Positions 1-9,818 of a stretch of 64,000 nucleotides of DNA are shown piece after piece (positions within the stretch are counted from its first letter, which is position 1; each line of letters begins with the position of its first letter). Both the position numbers and the translations under genes were made by a program. The stretch comes from Candidatus Uhrbacteria bacterium GW2011_GWE2_46_68. Lineage in GTDB: Bacteria > Patescibacteriota > Patescibacteriia > UBA9934 > GWF2-40-263. The stretch covers positions 123 to 64,122 of the forward strand of contig LCMS01000010.1 in assembly GCA_001002765.1 (NCBI GenBank), read 5' to 3'. A model generated the notes under the pieces. The model searched no databases. It saw only the letters and a program-made list of their open reading frames with translations, and was not told the DNA's origin.

Positions 1-220
1 GACCCCCTCATGCGATTCTTGAAAAAAATATGTGACCGGTTCGCGTAAGGTTCTTTGATCATCAAACCCGTAGGTCTTATCACCTTCTTTTGTTCCGCGA
101 AGAACAGCTGTGTGAAGTTTGCTGGGCATGCCTGACTCCTTTGGAAAGAACTAAAATGGATCGTCACTTCAAGAGTGTCCCCTTAAAGCAGCGGTGAAAA
201 AGGGACAGTCTTGCTGTCCC

Positions 221-1219
221 CTATACGTCGTGAGTAACCCCGTGACCATGATTGACACGGACTTGCGACCAAAATGTGCAATGATCTTGCGGCCGAACCC
301 TTACTTTTTCATCAAAAACCAATTGCGCAATCTCATTCTTTTGTCCGAAAAATTTCTCGAAATCCACAGAATCTGTCGAATTGAATACCGGAGCCACCTT
401 GTCGTACACGACCGTGGCACCCGGACATGAAGAAAATCCTTGCTCCTCCCAATTCCAGTGACGGGAAAGTCCCATCACACGATCTCCCACAAAAATCGCT
501 TCAGAAATAGCATGAGTCACAAGGAGAATGGTATGAGGTGCAGGTTTCCCCTGCCCCACAGCTTGAATATTTTCCTCGTAGAGAACAAGGAGCATACGCT
601 GCAAATCTTCACGCGTGGCCTCATCTAGTGCACCAAACGGCTCATCCAAAAGAAGGATTTGTGGTTTCATAATCAGGGCCTGGGCAATCGCCACGCGCTG
701 TCGCATACCTCCGGAAAGCTCGTGTGGATATTTGTGCACCGCATCCCCAAGACCAAATCGCACCAAGAGTTCTTCTGCATGTTTGAGATGTTCGCGCCGC
801 AAGCGTCGCCAAAATCCTGTCACTTGACCCCACATTCTCCTTGGAATGGTGGTCAGGTGAAGCTTGAGGCCAAACGCCACATTTTCCACGCTGGTCAAAA
901 ATGGATAGAGCCCGTAGGCCTGATACACAATGCCACGATCCGGACCTGGCCCAACAATCTCGGTCTCTTGCCCATCATAATTCACACTTACAATTCCTGA
1001 CGTAGAACGTGTGATGCCGGCGATGAGGTTTAGCAAAGATGTCTTTCCACACCCACTTGCACCAAGCACTCCAACGATTTGTCCGCGACCGATTGTGAAA
1101 TCCACCCCATGCAAAATATGCTGCTTCCTCACCTGAAACGATGCGTTTGAGACTGTAAGGATGGGCTTCACGAGACACCCCCCTTTGCGTACCAGGGGCA
1201 GAGCTTGCATTGAATCCAT
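221..1219 (-). CDS. ABC transporter ATP-binding protein, NitT/TauT (nitrate/sulfonate/bicarbonate) family
   Basis: Walker A GASGCGKTS, ABC signature LSGGMRQRVAIAQAL and Walker B LLLDEPFGALD in the 332-aa minus-strand ORF. It is immediately downstream of the permease and SBP genes on the same strand. Confidence 0.85.
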   Translation of the reverse strand: MDSMQALPLVRKGGCLVKPILTVSNASFQVRKQHILHGVDFTIGRGQIVGVLGASGCGKTSLLNLIAGITRSTSGIVSVNYDGQETEIVGPGPDRGIVYQAYGLYPFLTSVENVAFGLKLHLTTIPRRMWGQVTGFWRRLRREHLKHAEELLVRFGLGDAVHKYPHELSGGMRQRVAIAQALIMKPQILLLDEPFGALDEATREDLQRMLLVLYEENIQAVGQGKPAPHTILLVTHAISEAIFVGDRVMGLSRHWNWEEQGFSSCPGATVVYDKVAPVFNSTDSVDFEKFFGQKNEIAQLVFDEKVRVRPQDHCTFWSQVRVNHGHGVTHDV

Positions 1220-2016
1220 CGCATCCCCATGTCCATACCAAATCCAAACAGGGCAAGATAAGCAAGATAAGGGTAGACCACGTTCATGTTGAGCAATCGA
1301 GATTGCAGACGGATCCGATACCCGAATCCCACATCTCCCACCAAGACTTCAGCCGCAATGAGAAACACCATGGCCGGTCCGATCTGAAGCCTGATGGCAT
1401 CGAGAAGCTTGGGAAGAATCTGGGGGAACATGATACAAAAAATAATCTCAGTCGTACTCGCCCCAAGGGTACGGGCCTTATCAATACGCTCCTCAGCAAT
1501 ATCCTTAAGCCCCAAATAAATGGTCTGAGCCAAAGTGGGGATCACCCCAAAGGCAATGATCGCTCCGTACATCTTGAGTTCGGTTCCAAACAAAGTGAAG
1601 AACACTGCCATCATGGCTGTGGGAGGAATCTTTGCAAACAGAGAAAGGATCGGGAGGAAAAAGGCTTCCATCCATCGCCACACCCCCATGCTCATACCAA
1701 GAGCAAAGGCGATAAAGACTCCAATTCCAAGACCAAATCCCAGACGTGAAAGCGTGGCAAGCACATCTTCAACGATCCATCGGTCGCCTGTGCGCGGCTG
1801 GGCCGCAAAGATCTTGGAGATCCCCTCACTCATTTGCATCCATGTGGGAATCGTCGTGTCTGTGGGGTTGATCATATGCTGATGAATCGAAAGCCTGGTG
1901 TAGAGCGCAAGAAGAAGCAAGATGCTTGCGGTACCGATTACCCATGTTGCCTTACGGCTCATAGGCGCCCGAATACCTGTAAAGCATCGGAAAAGAAAAA
2001 AACGTTTTGTGGTCAC
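1168..2016 (-). CDS. ABC transporter permease (SsuC/TauC-like, BPD_transp_1)
   Basis: 282-aa ORF with multiple TM helices. It has an EAA-like loop (DIAEERIDKARTLGAS) typical of NitT/TauT permeases and overlaps the ATPase gene start by about 50 nt, as in an operon. Confidence 0.8.
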   Translation of the reverse strand: MTTKRFFLFRCFTGIRAPMSRKATWVIGTASILLLLALYTRLSIHQHMINPTDTTIPTWMQMSEGISKIFAAQPRTGDRWIVEDVLATLSRLGFGLGIGVFIAFALGMSMGVWRWMEAFFLPILSLFAKIPPTAMMAVFFTLFGTELKMYGAIIAFGVIPTLAQTIYLGLKDIAEERIDKARTLGASTTEIIFCIMFPQILPKLLDAIRLQIGPAMVFLIAAEVLVGDVGFGYRIRLQSRLLNMNVVYPYLAYLALFGFGMDMGMRWIQCKLCPWYAKGGVS

Positions 2017-2131
2017 AAGAACCTCCGGTTGGAAAGAACGGTTTTCCCTTAAGCCCTGAACACAAAATTAGTTCAAGTCTTAAGGAAAAGGGTTAGAGGT
2101 TTGCTCTAACCCGCGTGTAGGCGTGATTGGC

Positions 2132-3274
2132 CTACTTGTCAGGCGGAGGAATGATCGGGACATCCTGCGTGTAGACTCCCCCCCTCTGGACATCGAGCAT
2201 GTAGGAGGAATCGAAGACATAGGAAGGAGCAGTCGCCTCGGGTGTGCTCCACTGATGCCCATATCCGATCGTCGGAGACAAAGACACGATCTGGCGCCCC
2301 ACGCAGAACTGGCTCACAAGACCCATGGTCCCGGGGAGTCTACTTCCATCATACACGCCAAGCCCCAGGTCTGGGGTAGCGTAGAACTTGGTCTGCTTGA
2401 CCACGGTTTCCATGTCCTCAAGCCCCAGGTTGCTGAACTTGGAGCCGAGCGCAACGAGCATCTCGTTGTGACGGGCAGGGTCAGCCATGACCAGGTTGAA
2501 GGCGTAGTAGGCATCGATGACCGCACGAGCGAAGTTCTCACCGCCCGGCTTCTCGAGGCTTCCCCGCGCCATGACCACCATGTCGATCACCTCGCCGGGA
2601 ATCGTGGTGCTGTCGAAGAGCACATGCGTGTCAGCACGCCGCCGCAGGGTCTCGAGCACGAACGGATTCCAAACCATGATGGCTCGGATCTCCTGCTTCT
2701 GTTGAAGAGCCGTGGCGGCCGCGCCCGGATCCATGTTCGTGAAGGTGAAATCCGCAGGGTTGAGACCCTGGATGACCAGGTTGCGGGCGAACACGTACTC
2801 GGACACGCTCTTCGCCAGCCCGTACACAGGCACACCCTTCAGGTCATCCACGCTCTTGATCCCGCCATCCACGATCAGAGCGTCGGCCCCGAAGGATGTG
2901 GAAGTCGGAAGGATCGCGACCGTGGGTCGCGAGGCGGCGGGGATCAGGCTGTCCATGTTGGTGAGGGCTGCGGCATCGACCTCTCCGTTGCCATAGAGGT
3001 TGATGCAGGTGTCGTAGTCAGCTTCGCGCAGGACGATATCCACGCCCCAGCGCTCTTCGATCGGACCGACCTTGCCCTTGTCACCATCGATGATCCCGAT
3101 CTCGGAGGCAACCCCGAAGACGGACCAAGACGGGTACTCGCTCCAGGCGAGCGAGAAGCTCGGAAACTCGGCCGAAGGCTGTGAAGCCCCAGGATCGGTT
3201 GCCGGCGCATCCGCAGTCTTCGAAGAACAGGCGATGAGGAAACCCATGAGAGTCAGAGAGAACAGACGACGCAT
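2132..3274 (-). CDS. ABC transporter substrate-binding lipoprotein (NMT1/SsuA-like)
   Basis: The ORF track gives 2132..3427. The likely true start is the internal Met MRRLFSLTLMGFLIACSS (lipobox LIAC|S). The mature region resembles NMT1/THI5-type periplasmic binding proteins. It lies upstream of the permease and ATPase. Confidence 0.65.
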   Translation of the reverse strand: MRRLFSLTLMGFLIACSSKTADAPATDPGASQPSAEFPSFSLAWSEYPSWSVFGVASEIGIIDGDKGKVGPIEERWGVDIVLREADYDTCINLYGNGEVDAAALTNMDSLIPAASRPTVAILPTSTSFGADALIVDGGIKSVDDLKGVPVYGLAKSVSEYVFARNLVIQGLNPADFTFTNMDPGAAATALQQKQEIRAIMVWNPFVLETLRRRADTHVLFDSTTIPGEVIDMVVMARGSLEKPGGENFARAVIDAYYAFNLVMADPARHNEMLVALGSKFSNLGLEDMETVVKQTKFYATPDLGLGVYDGSRLPGTMGLVSQFCVGRQIVSLSPTIGYGHQWSTPEATAPSYVFDSSYMLDVQRGGVYTQDVPIIPPPDK

Positions 3275-3423
3275 GGAACACTCCTTCTGCGACGCGAAGC
3301 GACCAGGCTCCGCTTTGGTGAAATGAACGAAGGGCTTTGGAAAGCCCATGAGGGACGGTTGATCACCATAGTTGGAGGGTTTCCCCAACGCAGGTGGTAA
3401 AAAGAGGAAGAACGTAATCTCCC

Positions 3424-4170
3424 TCACGAAACGGTTTGCCTATACCCTTCTTGCCTGATGGCATGCGATCGCTGACTTTGATCCAATGTTTGCGCTCCGG
3501 CTTGCACACAGCGTTCCATTTCATCCACAATGCCATGCAATTCCATATCCACACTTTCCGCATGTTGAAGCGTGCGAATGCGAGTTAGAAGATCTCCAAG
3601 ACGCTCCACACTTGCCTGAACTTCTCCTATCACTTCTTCTCTGCGCGATTGGATCTTGCGGCGCACTTCGCGCTGCACAATCCCCTCGGCATCTTCAAAC
3701 AAATCATAGGAGATCTCGAGATAACGCACGGCATGGGCAAAAAGCTTATCAAACAAGGTAAGAAGATCTGCCCGCAGTTCATCATTGACACCCTTCCAAA
3801 GACGATCCTCATGCAAACGGCCGGCAATCGTTTCCAAATCACCCATGATGGTTTCGGTTCGATCATCACGATCGCGCGACAATTTTTCTTTGAGATCAAT
3901 CATGGCCTGCTTGCGCGCTTCTTGCACTTCATGTTCTTCTTCAGCCAACACGCCCTCGGTGATCTTTTCTCTGGCAAACAAGACGCGCAATGCCACGGCA
4001 GCTATGGCTCCGGTTGTACCCAGAATCCCTACCGCCAGCGGAATCGCCGGATTGGCAGCCACGAGAATCGCCATAAACCCCAGCATCCCGCCCGTAAACG
4101 GTGCCAGGGTCAGAGGATGACCCAAGAGGCGCTTGTACACCTCTCGCTTCCGTTGTTCGCGGGTTCGCAT
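3424..4170 (-). CDS. hypothetical membrane protein with N-terminal TM helices and long coiled-coil region
   Basis: 248-aa ORF. Hydrophobic segments (FTGGMLGFMAILVAANPAIPLAVGILGTTGAIAAVALRVLF) are followed by a charged heptad-like region rich in E/R/L. No recognisable domain. Confidence 0.45.
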   Translation of the reverse strand: MRTREQRKREVYKRLLGHPLTLAPFTGGMLGFMAILVAANPAIPLAVGILGTTGAIAAVALRVLFAREKITEGVLAEEEHEVQEARKQAMIDLKEKLSRDRDDRTETIMGDLETIAGRLHEDRLWKGVNDELRADLLTLFDKLFAHAVRYLEISYDLFEDAEGIVQREVRRKIQSRREEVIGEVQASVERLGDLLTRIRTLQHAESVDMELHGIVDEMERCVQAGAQTLDQSQRSHAIRQEGYRQTVS

Positions 4171-4179
4171 GGCTGCTCC

Positions 4180-5838
4180 TTAGTAGGACTTTTGGCCCAA
4201 AAGGAAACTGACGCTTTGGGACTCGCCACCCATGCCCACGGGAGGAGCCGCTTTGACGCGGATCCGGTGAGTGGGAATGCCTCGGGAGATGATCTGATCG
4301 GAAACGCTCTGTGCGCGGGCAAGCGCCAGCTTTTCGTTTTCAACCTGATCGCCGTCTGCACGCGCATGTCCCACCACGGTCAAGTAGAACGTGGGGTAGC
4401 TATGCAGTTGGCGCGCGATCTCATCCACGCTGCGCTGGCCCTGAAGGCTAAGCGCACTGGATGCCCGACGAAACTCGATCGCACAAATGCGCAAGTGCCC
4501 CACGGTCGAAAGCTTGTCCCAATCCTCGGCCGAAAGCTCGGGAAGAGTCTCGGCTACACGAACAGCTCCCAAATCTCCCTTGGGAACATCCACAACCCCA
4601 AGCTTGGAGCGAGGATGAAATCCTCCACTGTAGAGATCACGCAGCACGCCGTCGAAATAGAGTTCGCTTGGGTCTGCAACCGGCATGGCGGCAAACGCAC
4701 CTGAAGCTGTGAGCATACGCCCGATATTGAGAATCGTGTCGTGCAAGGTCGGAAGACCCGCAGACTCTCCGGTGGGAAGCAGACCAAACAGGGCATAGTT
4801 TTCCGTGGTGTTCCAAAAGCGAATTCCCTTGACCATGTTATGCGCTTCATCGCTTGAAATGATTTCTCCGGTCTTTTGACCGTCTTCGATGAGAAGAGCA
4901 GCAAACCCTTCATCCCCTCGCGACTGGTAGGAGTAGAGGGTTCGAAGATAAGCGGCAAGAACAACCTTTACCTGTTCAGGGTGATCGCGCAAAAATTCGC
5001 GACGGGCCAACAACACATCAACGATGATGCCGCGTACCTGGGAGGTATCCAGCAGACGATGCACGCCGGGAATCTTGAGCGACTTGGAAAGATAGGGCTC
5101 CCACAGAACAAACGCCTTGCGTTCGGTCGGCGAGGTGGCGCGCAAGAGATTGTAAATCCGCTCCTGGCTGGTCTCGGGGACAAACCAATCTTCGGGCATC
5201 TGGGGAAGGCTCATGTCTGCGCGCACCACTTGGACGAATGTCTCGCTGGGCGAGTCAGGCATGGCAACCACATGAGCGGTTGAGTGATCCAGGTCTTCGA
5301 TTGCGGCAAGTGCCTGCTTGTAGGCGACCATACCGTCTGCTCCGGCGCTTTCATCGATCGCCAGGACAATGGTTCCTGGGAACTGTTCGAGTTTGGCACC
5401 AGTCTTCAAGTTGGCATCAATCGTGATCACAGCCATATCCACATCACCCTTACGCAATGCCTTTTGACGTGCCGCGTAATCACCGCCGTCGTCAACGAGC
5501 TCGAGGGAAAAACCACTTTCGCGAAGTTCACCCGCAAACCCATCAGAACGGAAAACCGAATAGCCCTTGAAGCTGTCGGTGGCAATACGAATGGCATGCT
5601 CGTCAGATGACGTTTTCTTCACGCTTGTCTGTGCGATCAGATTGTCTTGCGCTGAAGGATGAATCACAAACTTCCACACGAGGATGCTCACAAAGGCAAG
5701 CAGAATGATGATCGCAGCACCTACAATGAGACGAAGTGAACGACGACCTTGAGAGGTAGGTTCCATGGAAGGACTCCTTGAGTGGGAAAGAAAGCCGGGT
5801 ATCAGCCGGCAAAAAAAGTTTCGGATTGAAAGGAACAT
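4180..5838 (-). CDS. OmpA C-terminal domain protein with N-terminal SBP-like (NMT1/SsuA-like) domain
   Basis: 552 aa. N-terminal TM helix. The central region is paralogous to the SBP at 2132..3274. The C-terminus (TVVGHARADGDQVENEKLALARAQSV...) matches the OmpA/MotB peptidoglycan-binding domain. The start may be the internal Met near 5766. Confidence 0.65.
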   Translation of the reverse strand: MFLSIRNFFCRLIPGFLSHSRSPSMEPTSQGRRSLRLIVGAAIIILLAFVSILVWKFVIHPSAQDNLIAQTSVKKTSSDEHAIRIATDSFKGYSVFRSDGFAGELRESGFSLELVDDGGDYAARQKALRKGDVDMAVITIDANLKTGAKLEQFPGTIVLAIDESAGADGMVAYKQALAAIEDLDHSTAHVVAMPDSPSETFVQVVRADMSLPQMPEDWFVPETSQERIYNLLRATSPTERKAFVLWEPYLSKSLKIPGVHRLLDTSQVRGIIVDVLLARREFLRDHPEQVKVVLAAYLRTLYSYQSRGDEGFAALLIEDGQKTGEIISSDEAHNMVKGIRFWNTTENYALFGLLPTGESAGLPTLHDTILNIGRMLTASGAFAAMPVADPSELYFDGVLRDLYSGGFHPRSKLGVVDVPKGDLGAVRVAETLPELSAEDWDKLSTVGHLRICAIEFRRASSALSLQGQRSVDEIARQLHSYPTFYLTVVGHARADGDQVENEKLALARAQSVSDQIISRGIPTHRIRVKAAPPVGMGGESQSVSFLLGQKSY

Positions 5839-5914
5839 TTCTTTAACCCGAGCTCACAGGAAAACCTATGGTCTCGGGAGAAAGGCCATCACCGTCTGTG
5901 ATGGCTTTGGGGGT

Positions 5915-6874
5915 CTAACCTTCGAGGATTATCCAGAGAAGGACGCCGAATACCCCGCAAATAACGATCATGAAAAAAAGAATCACCAGAAACGGAGTCT
6001 CCTCTTCTTTGACCGCTTCCGCACTCGGCTGGGATGGAGCGGCCGCCTGATCCACTTCCTCGGGAGGATCTTCCCCGATCGGATGGTTGCCTTGCACCGA
6101 AGTGCCAAGCCCCTTCACAACCGCCATGGCCACATCGGTTGAAAGTGGCGCGATGGTCAAGTAGGCATCAGTGGCGAGTTGCGGATCCCGCACAGAGGAA
6201 ACCTCAGCAAACACCTGACGCACGCGCTCTTCGAGTGCCTGCGCATTGTTTGCATTCTGATAGGTGTCGGCCTGGGTGGCCAAAGTGTGTTCAGTATTCA
6301 TGTCGATACCGACCGCGTGAATCAGGATCCCGCGCGAGCGAATCTCGGGCGTGAACCTTTCGACCATTTTTTCTTCTCGTGCCGGATTGGCCTGGCCATC
6401 GGTGAGCACCAAGAGGGTGTACATTCCCTCATTGTGTTGTGCCTCCCGCATGTACAGGAGTTCATCGGCAGCCGCCTTCATGAAGGTACCAAGCGGCGTG
6501 GATCTGTCCGGATTGATCGCCTGGAGAGATTGGAGAAGTGCAGCGTGATCCGAAGGTCCGAGCTTTTGGATCCATTCATACCGTTGTACACCGCTCATGA
6601 CGAGGACGCCGATATAGGTCTCCGGTGGTGCATTGCGGATCGCTTGCTCCAGGATGCGCTTGGCAGCGTCCATCCTGCTTTCTGATGCCTCTCCTCCCAT
6701 ACGCTCGTTCATGCTCCCCGAGGCATCGAGAAGCACGACAATGCAATCGTGGACACTCGTCTTTTCGATTGGCCGCGTGACCATCATTCCATCCATTTCC
6801 AAACCTGCGAAGGTCGGAAGACAGAAAAGCATCGAGACGAAAAGCAGACAAAGGATGCGACTGATGCCTCCCAT
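5915..6874 (-). CDS. von Willebrand factor type A (vWA) domain protein, secreted/membrane anchored
   Basis: Signal peptide MGGISRILCLLFVSMLFCLPTFAG. MIDAS motif in IVVLLDASGSMNE. C-terminal hydrophobic anchor (FLVILFFMIVICGVFGVLLWIIL). Confidence 0.7.
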   Translation of the reverse strand: MGGISRILCLLFVSMLFCLPTFAGLEMDGMMVTRPIEKTSVHDCIVVLLDASGSMNERMGGEASESRMDAAKRILEQAIRNAPPETYIGVLVMSGVQRYEWIQKLGPSDHAALLQSLQAINPDRSTPLGTFMKAAADELLYMREAQHNEGMYTLLVLTDGQANPAREEKMVERFTPEIRSRGILIHAVGIDMNTEHTLATQADTYQNANNAQALEERVRQVFAEVSSVRDPQLATDAYLTIAPLSTDVAMAVVKGLGTSVQGNHPIGEDPPEEVDQAAAPSQPSAEAVKEEETPFLVILFFMIVICGVFGVLLWIILEG

Positions 6875-6884
6875 GACTGCCTCC

Positions 6885-8792
6885 TTAGAAATCGAAGTCT
6901 GCGGTGGTGGATGCCTCGCCGGTCACACGCGTGAGAACGAACTCCACGCGGCGATTGGCTGCAGCTTCTTGCTCACTGCGTGGGCGGGCGACCATGGGCT
7001 CGCCAACACCTACACCATCAAAGGCGATCTGACTCTCGTCGATCCGCTTCCCTTTCTCTTCCGCAAACTGAAGGAAGGAGGAACGCACGGCCTCTGCCCG
7101 GTCACGGGTGAGCTTCTGTGCTTCCTGCAAGGTCTCACGAGGATTGGCGCCTCCGGTCTTGAACGTTCCGCTTGAAACAATCGCAATCACCTTGGCAATG
7201 GCCTCCAAAGCAAGCGGTTCACCATTGTAGAAGTACTGGTAGTCCGTCGGGCTCGTGCCTGTGCGCTTGAGCATACCGTTTTCGATCGCTGCATTGACGA
7301 AGTCACGCAGCACAGCCGTAGGATCCGCATGTCCGCGAATGACGAGGACCGCGCGGGGATACTTGTCGAGAAGCGTGAGAGCACGATCATACTGATCGCG
7401 ATACTGATCCTCCGAAAACGTCATCTGATTGGGCTCAAAGCTGATCGTGAAGGAAAGCATGCTGCGGCTGCCGAAACCTTCGGAGTCAAGGCCGCTGATC
7501 TCGGTGCGAACCGCTTCGGCATTGAACCTGGGCTTGGCCTCTACCGTGAGAGACTCAGACAAGGACTGCTTGAAGATCTCGTCTTGCCAGAAGGTATCCG
7601 GCACGCGGGCAAAGGCAATGGACTTGGTGGTCTGTCCCAAGCTCTCGGCCATCCTGTTTGCTTGGGTGGCGAGCGCATCGAATCCGTGTTCGTTTTTGGG
7701 ATCGATGAACGCCAGGTTGCCGGCATAGCCGACGAACTGGGCATCAAGGAGAAGTCCGTGAGCATCCTCGGAGGTGGGGAGCACACCCGTGCCCAGGATT
7801 TCCTGGGACAGGGCGAGGAGCCCCTGATACTCGGTCGAGCCGGAGACCTCATGCGCCTTGCGAAGCCTGATCACGGCTTCCACGGCTTCGAGGTAAGCGA
7901 CCGCAAAGGCGCGCACCTCATTGACATGGTCACGATAATAGGTCGGGTTGACCCAGTAGGTATCGGCGATCGTGAACACGCGCTGGGCCGTGGACACGAG
8001 AACACGGGCGTTCTTGACCGTGCCTTCAGCACCTGTGCCAACCACATCGAGACCGCCGGTCAAACCGATCATGTCGGGCGTGATCGCAAAGGCCGCGTCG
8101 GCCTGGCCGCTGCGCAGCGCTTCGATCGGACTTCCCTTGCCCGTCAGGGTATCGCACCACACGATCTGCACATCGGTCCACGACAGATGATCGTCGGTCA
8201 AAATCCCATAGAGCATGGACATGTGCGGGCCGCCGCGCTGGAGCGCGACGCGCTTACCCTTCAGATCCTTGATGGACTTGATCCCCTCTTGCACAACCAG
8301 ATGGTCGCCCTGCGACCAGGTCATCTGGAACGCGTAGAGGGGGCAGGTCGCGGGATCCGCGCACAGCCCCTGCTCGAAGATGGCATTGGTGACCATCTCA
8401 TAGGTGCCGCGCAGATAGGGTGTACGCCCTTCCTTGTAGGCCTGCGCCTGGAGCTTCATGTCATCGCCGGCAGCCAGCTGCAGGTTGAGGCCGTGCTTTG
8501 CAAAGATCGTGCCTTCGCGCGTGCGAAAACCGCCGTTGCCGTAGAAGGTGGCGTAGTCCCCACCCCAGGCGATGAAGCCGGTCTGGATGGGAGTGCCGTC
8601 AAACACCTTCCCTTGGAGGAAAGCGACGTCGCTTGGTGCGACTGCCTGCTCCTGTGAAGGCTTGATCTCGGGAGAAACGTTCTGAGAGGTTCCTGGCTGC
8701 GAGTTGTCGATCGGCATGCAGCCGACAAGGACGAAGATCAGGATCGCCAGAAAAAAACGGAGGTAGGAACAGGAAAAATAACGAGTGCACAT
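6885..8792 (-). CDS. OmpA C-terminal domain lipoprotein with SBP-like domain
   Basis: The ORF track gives 6885..8882. The probable start is the internal Met MCTRYFSC...LVGC (lipobox). The SBP-like middle region is paralogous to 2132..3274 and 4180..5838. The C-terminal OmpA-like domain reads RGHADPTAV...RDRAEAVRSSF...RRVEFVL. Confidence 0.65.
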   Translation of the reverse strand: MCTRYFSCSYLRFFLAILIFVLVGCMPIDNSQPGTSQNVSPEIKPSQEQAVAPSDVAFLQGKVFDGTPIQTGFIAWGGDYATFYGNGGFRTREGTIFAKHGLNLQLAAGDDMKLQAQAYKEGRTPYLRGTYEMVTNAIFEQGLCADPATCPLYAFQMTWSQGDHLVVQEGIKSIKDLKGKRVALQRGGPHMSMLYGILTDDHLSWTDVQIVWCDTLTGKGSPIEALRSGQADAAFAITPDMIGLTGGLDVVGTGAEGTVKNARVLVSTAQRVFTIADTYWVNPTYYRDHVNEVRAFAVAYLEAVEAVIRLRKAHEVSGSTEYQGLLALSQEILGTGVLPTSEDAHGLLLDAQFVGYAGNLAFIDPKNEHGFDALATQANRMAESLGQTTKSIAFARVPDTFWQDEIFKQSLSESLTVEAKPRFNAEAVRTEISGLDSEGFGSRSMLSFTISFEPNQMTFSEDQYRDQYDRALTLLDKYPRAVLVIRGHADPTAVLRDFVNAAIENGMLKRTGTSPTDYQYFYNGEPLALEAIAKVIAIVSSGTFKTGGANPRETLQEAQKLTRDRAEAVRSSFLQFAEEKGKRIDESQIAFDGVGVGEPMVARPRSEQEAAANRRVEFVLTRVTGEASTTADFDF

Positions 8793-9176
8793 GGCGCCTC
8801 CTTGGGAAACGGACGAAGTGTCCGATTGGTGAGTTGTTGACCCCTTGTAAGGAGCGTCAGAAGAGAGGTTTTTTGTCTCCAAACCCCTTCGTTCTGAACG
8901 CGAGACCTTAGGGTTTTTTGCCTAAAATGTCAACGATCTGTAGGCGAATCTTTAAGGAAAAAAACAAAAAAAGCCCATTTTTGGCCTCTTCTTGTTTATC
9001 CCTTTATCACACAGGATAAAACAGCAATGTTTGTAAAAAAATTCCACTTTGAATATTTGGTCTGATAATGTTCGTGATCTTTTAGGATAGCTACAGATGT
9101 GGTGTCAGGTCTGACACCAAAATACAAGAATACAAGGCAAAACAAAAAAGAACCTATAGGCTCTCTTTGAAAATTT

Positions 9177-9818
9177 CTATTCCCTTTTGGACGACCCTTG
9201 CTCTAACGTTTTATCTAAAAGGAACGTTTCGTCTCCTGCAAGTGAAGCAAGTGCGATGAAAACTGATCCGGACAACCTCACGGGAGTTTTAAGAATTTGT
9301 CCTAATGTCACGGCTGCCGCACGATGATGTCCTTCGACACAAACAATTTTTTTATGATCTTCACGCACAAGGCCTATCAACTCGGTCGGAGCAGGAAACT
9401 GCTTCATGAGTGACACAACGGCCGAATGATGAAGAAAAAAATCTTGCGGTTCGGGCAGGGCCAGCAACTCGGCAAACGATACTGTATTTTTCTCTTCTGT
9501 ATATTTCTGCCATCCGTTAAACGGCCCCATCAAAAGATTTGGCAAAAAAACTTGTGGATCTTTCACTTCGTATAATGCCCAAGCACGATCTTGAAGATGA
9601 AGTTGCAAAGCGGTGTGCACGCGCCAACTCTCCCAATTTGGCCACCCTTTGATCCTGGTCGCACACTCAACCCATGAAAAATTGTGTGCCTCGCGCTCTT
9701 TCCATCCTGCAAACACTTCTCCCCAACCAAGTGAACGGACAAAAGAAAGTTGTGATTCAAAATGGAACATAAGGAGGCTTCCAGTTCTTTTGAAAAATGG
9801 CCATGGAAAATAAGTCAT
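9177..9818 (-). CDS. hypothetical protein
   Basis: 213-aa ORF with local low-GC codon usage. No recognisable motifs. Confidence 0.4.
   Translation of the reverse strand: MTYFPWPFFKRTGSLLMFHFESQLSFVRSLGWGEVFAGWKEREAHNFSWVECATRIKGWPNWESWRVHTALQLHLQDRAWALYEVKDPQVFLPNLLMGPFNGWQKYTEEKNTVSFAELLALPEPQDFFLHHSAVVSLMKQFPAPTELIGLVREDHKKIVCVEGHHRAAAVTLGQILKTPVRLSGSVFIALASLAGDETFLLDKTLEQGSSKRE

Noticed and set aside
2123-3184. Long plus-strand ORFs in the high-GC block (2123-3184, 353 aa; 3649-4704, 351 aa; 7329-8657, 442 aa).
   Set aside because: They are antisense to minus-strand genes that have recognisable ABC-SBP, OmpA and vWA domains. The long open antisense frames are a statistical consequence of high GC. 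Their translations are low-complexity with no motifs.
9101-9118. Perfect palindrome GGTGTCAG-GT-CTGACACC in the AT-rich spacer at the GC boundary.
   Set aside because: It has no flanking T-tract on either strand for a terminator. It is a single occurrence too short to call a repeat element. It could be a protein-binding site but is not supportable.
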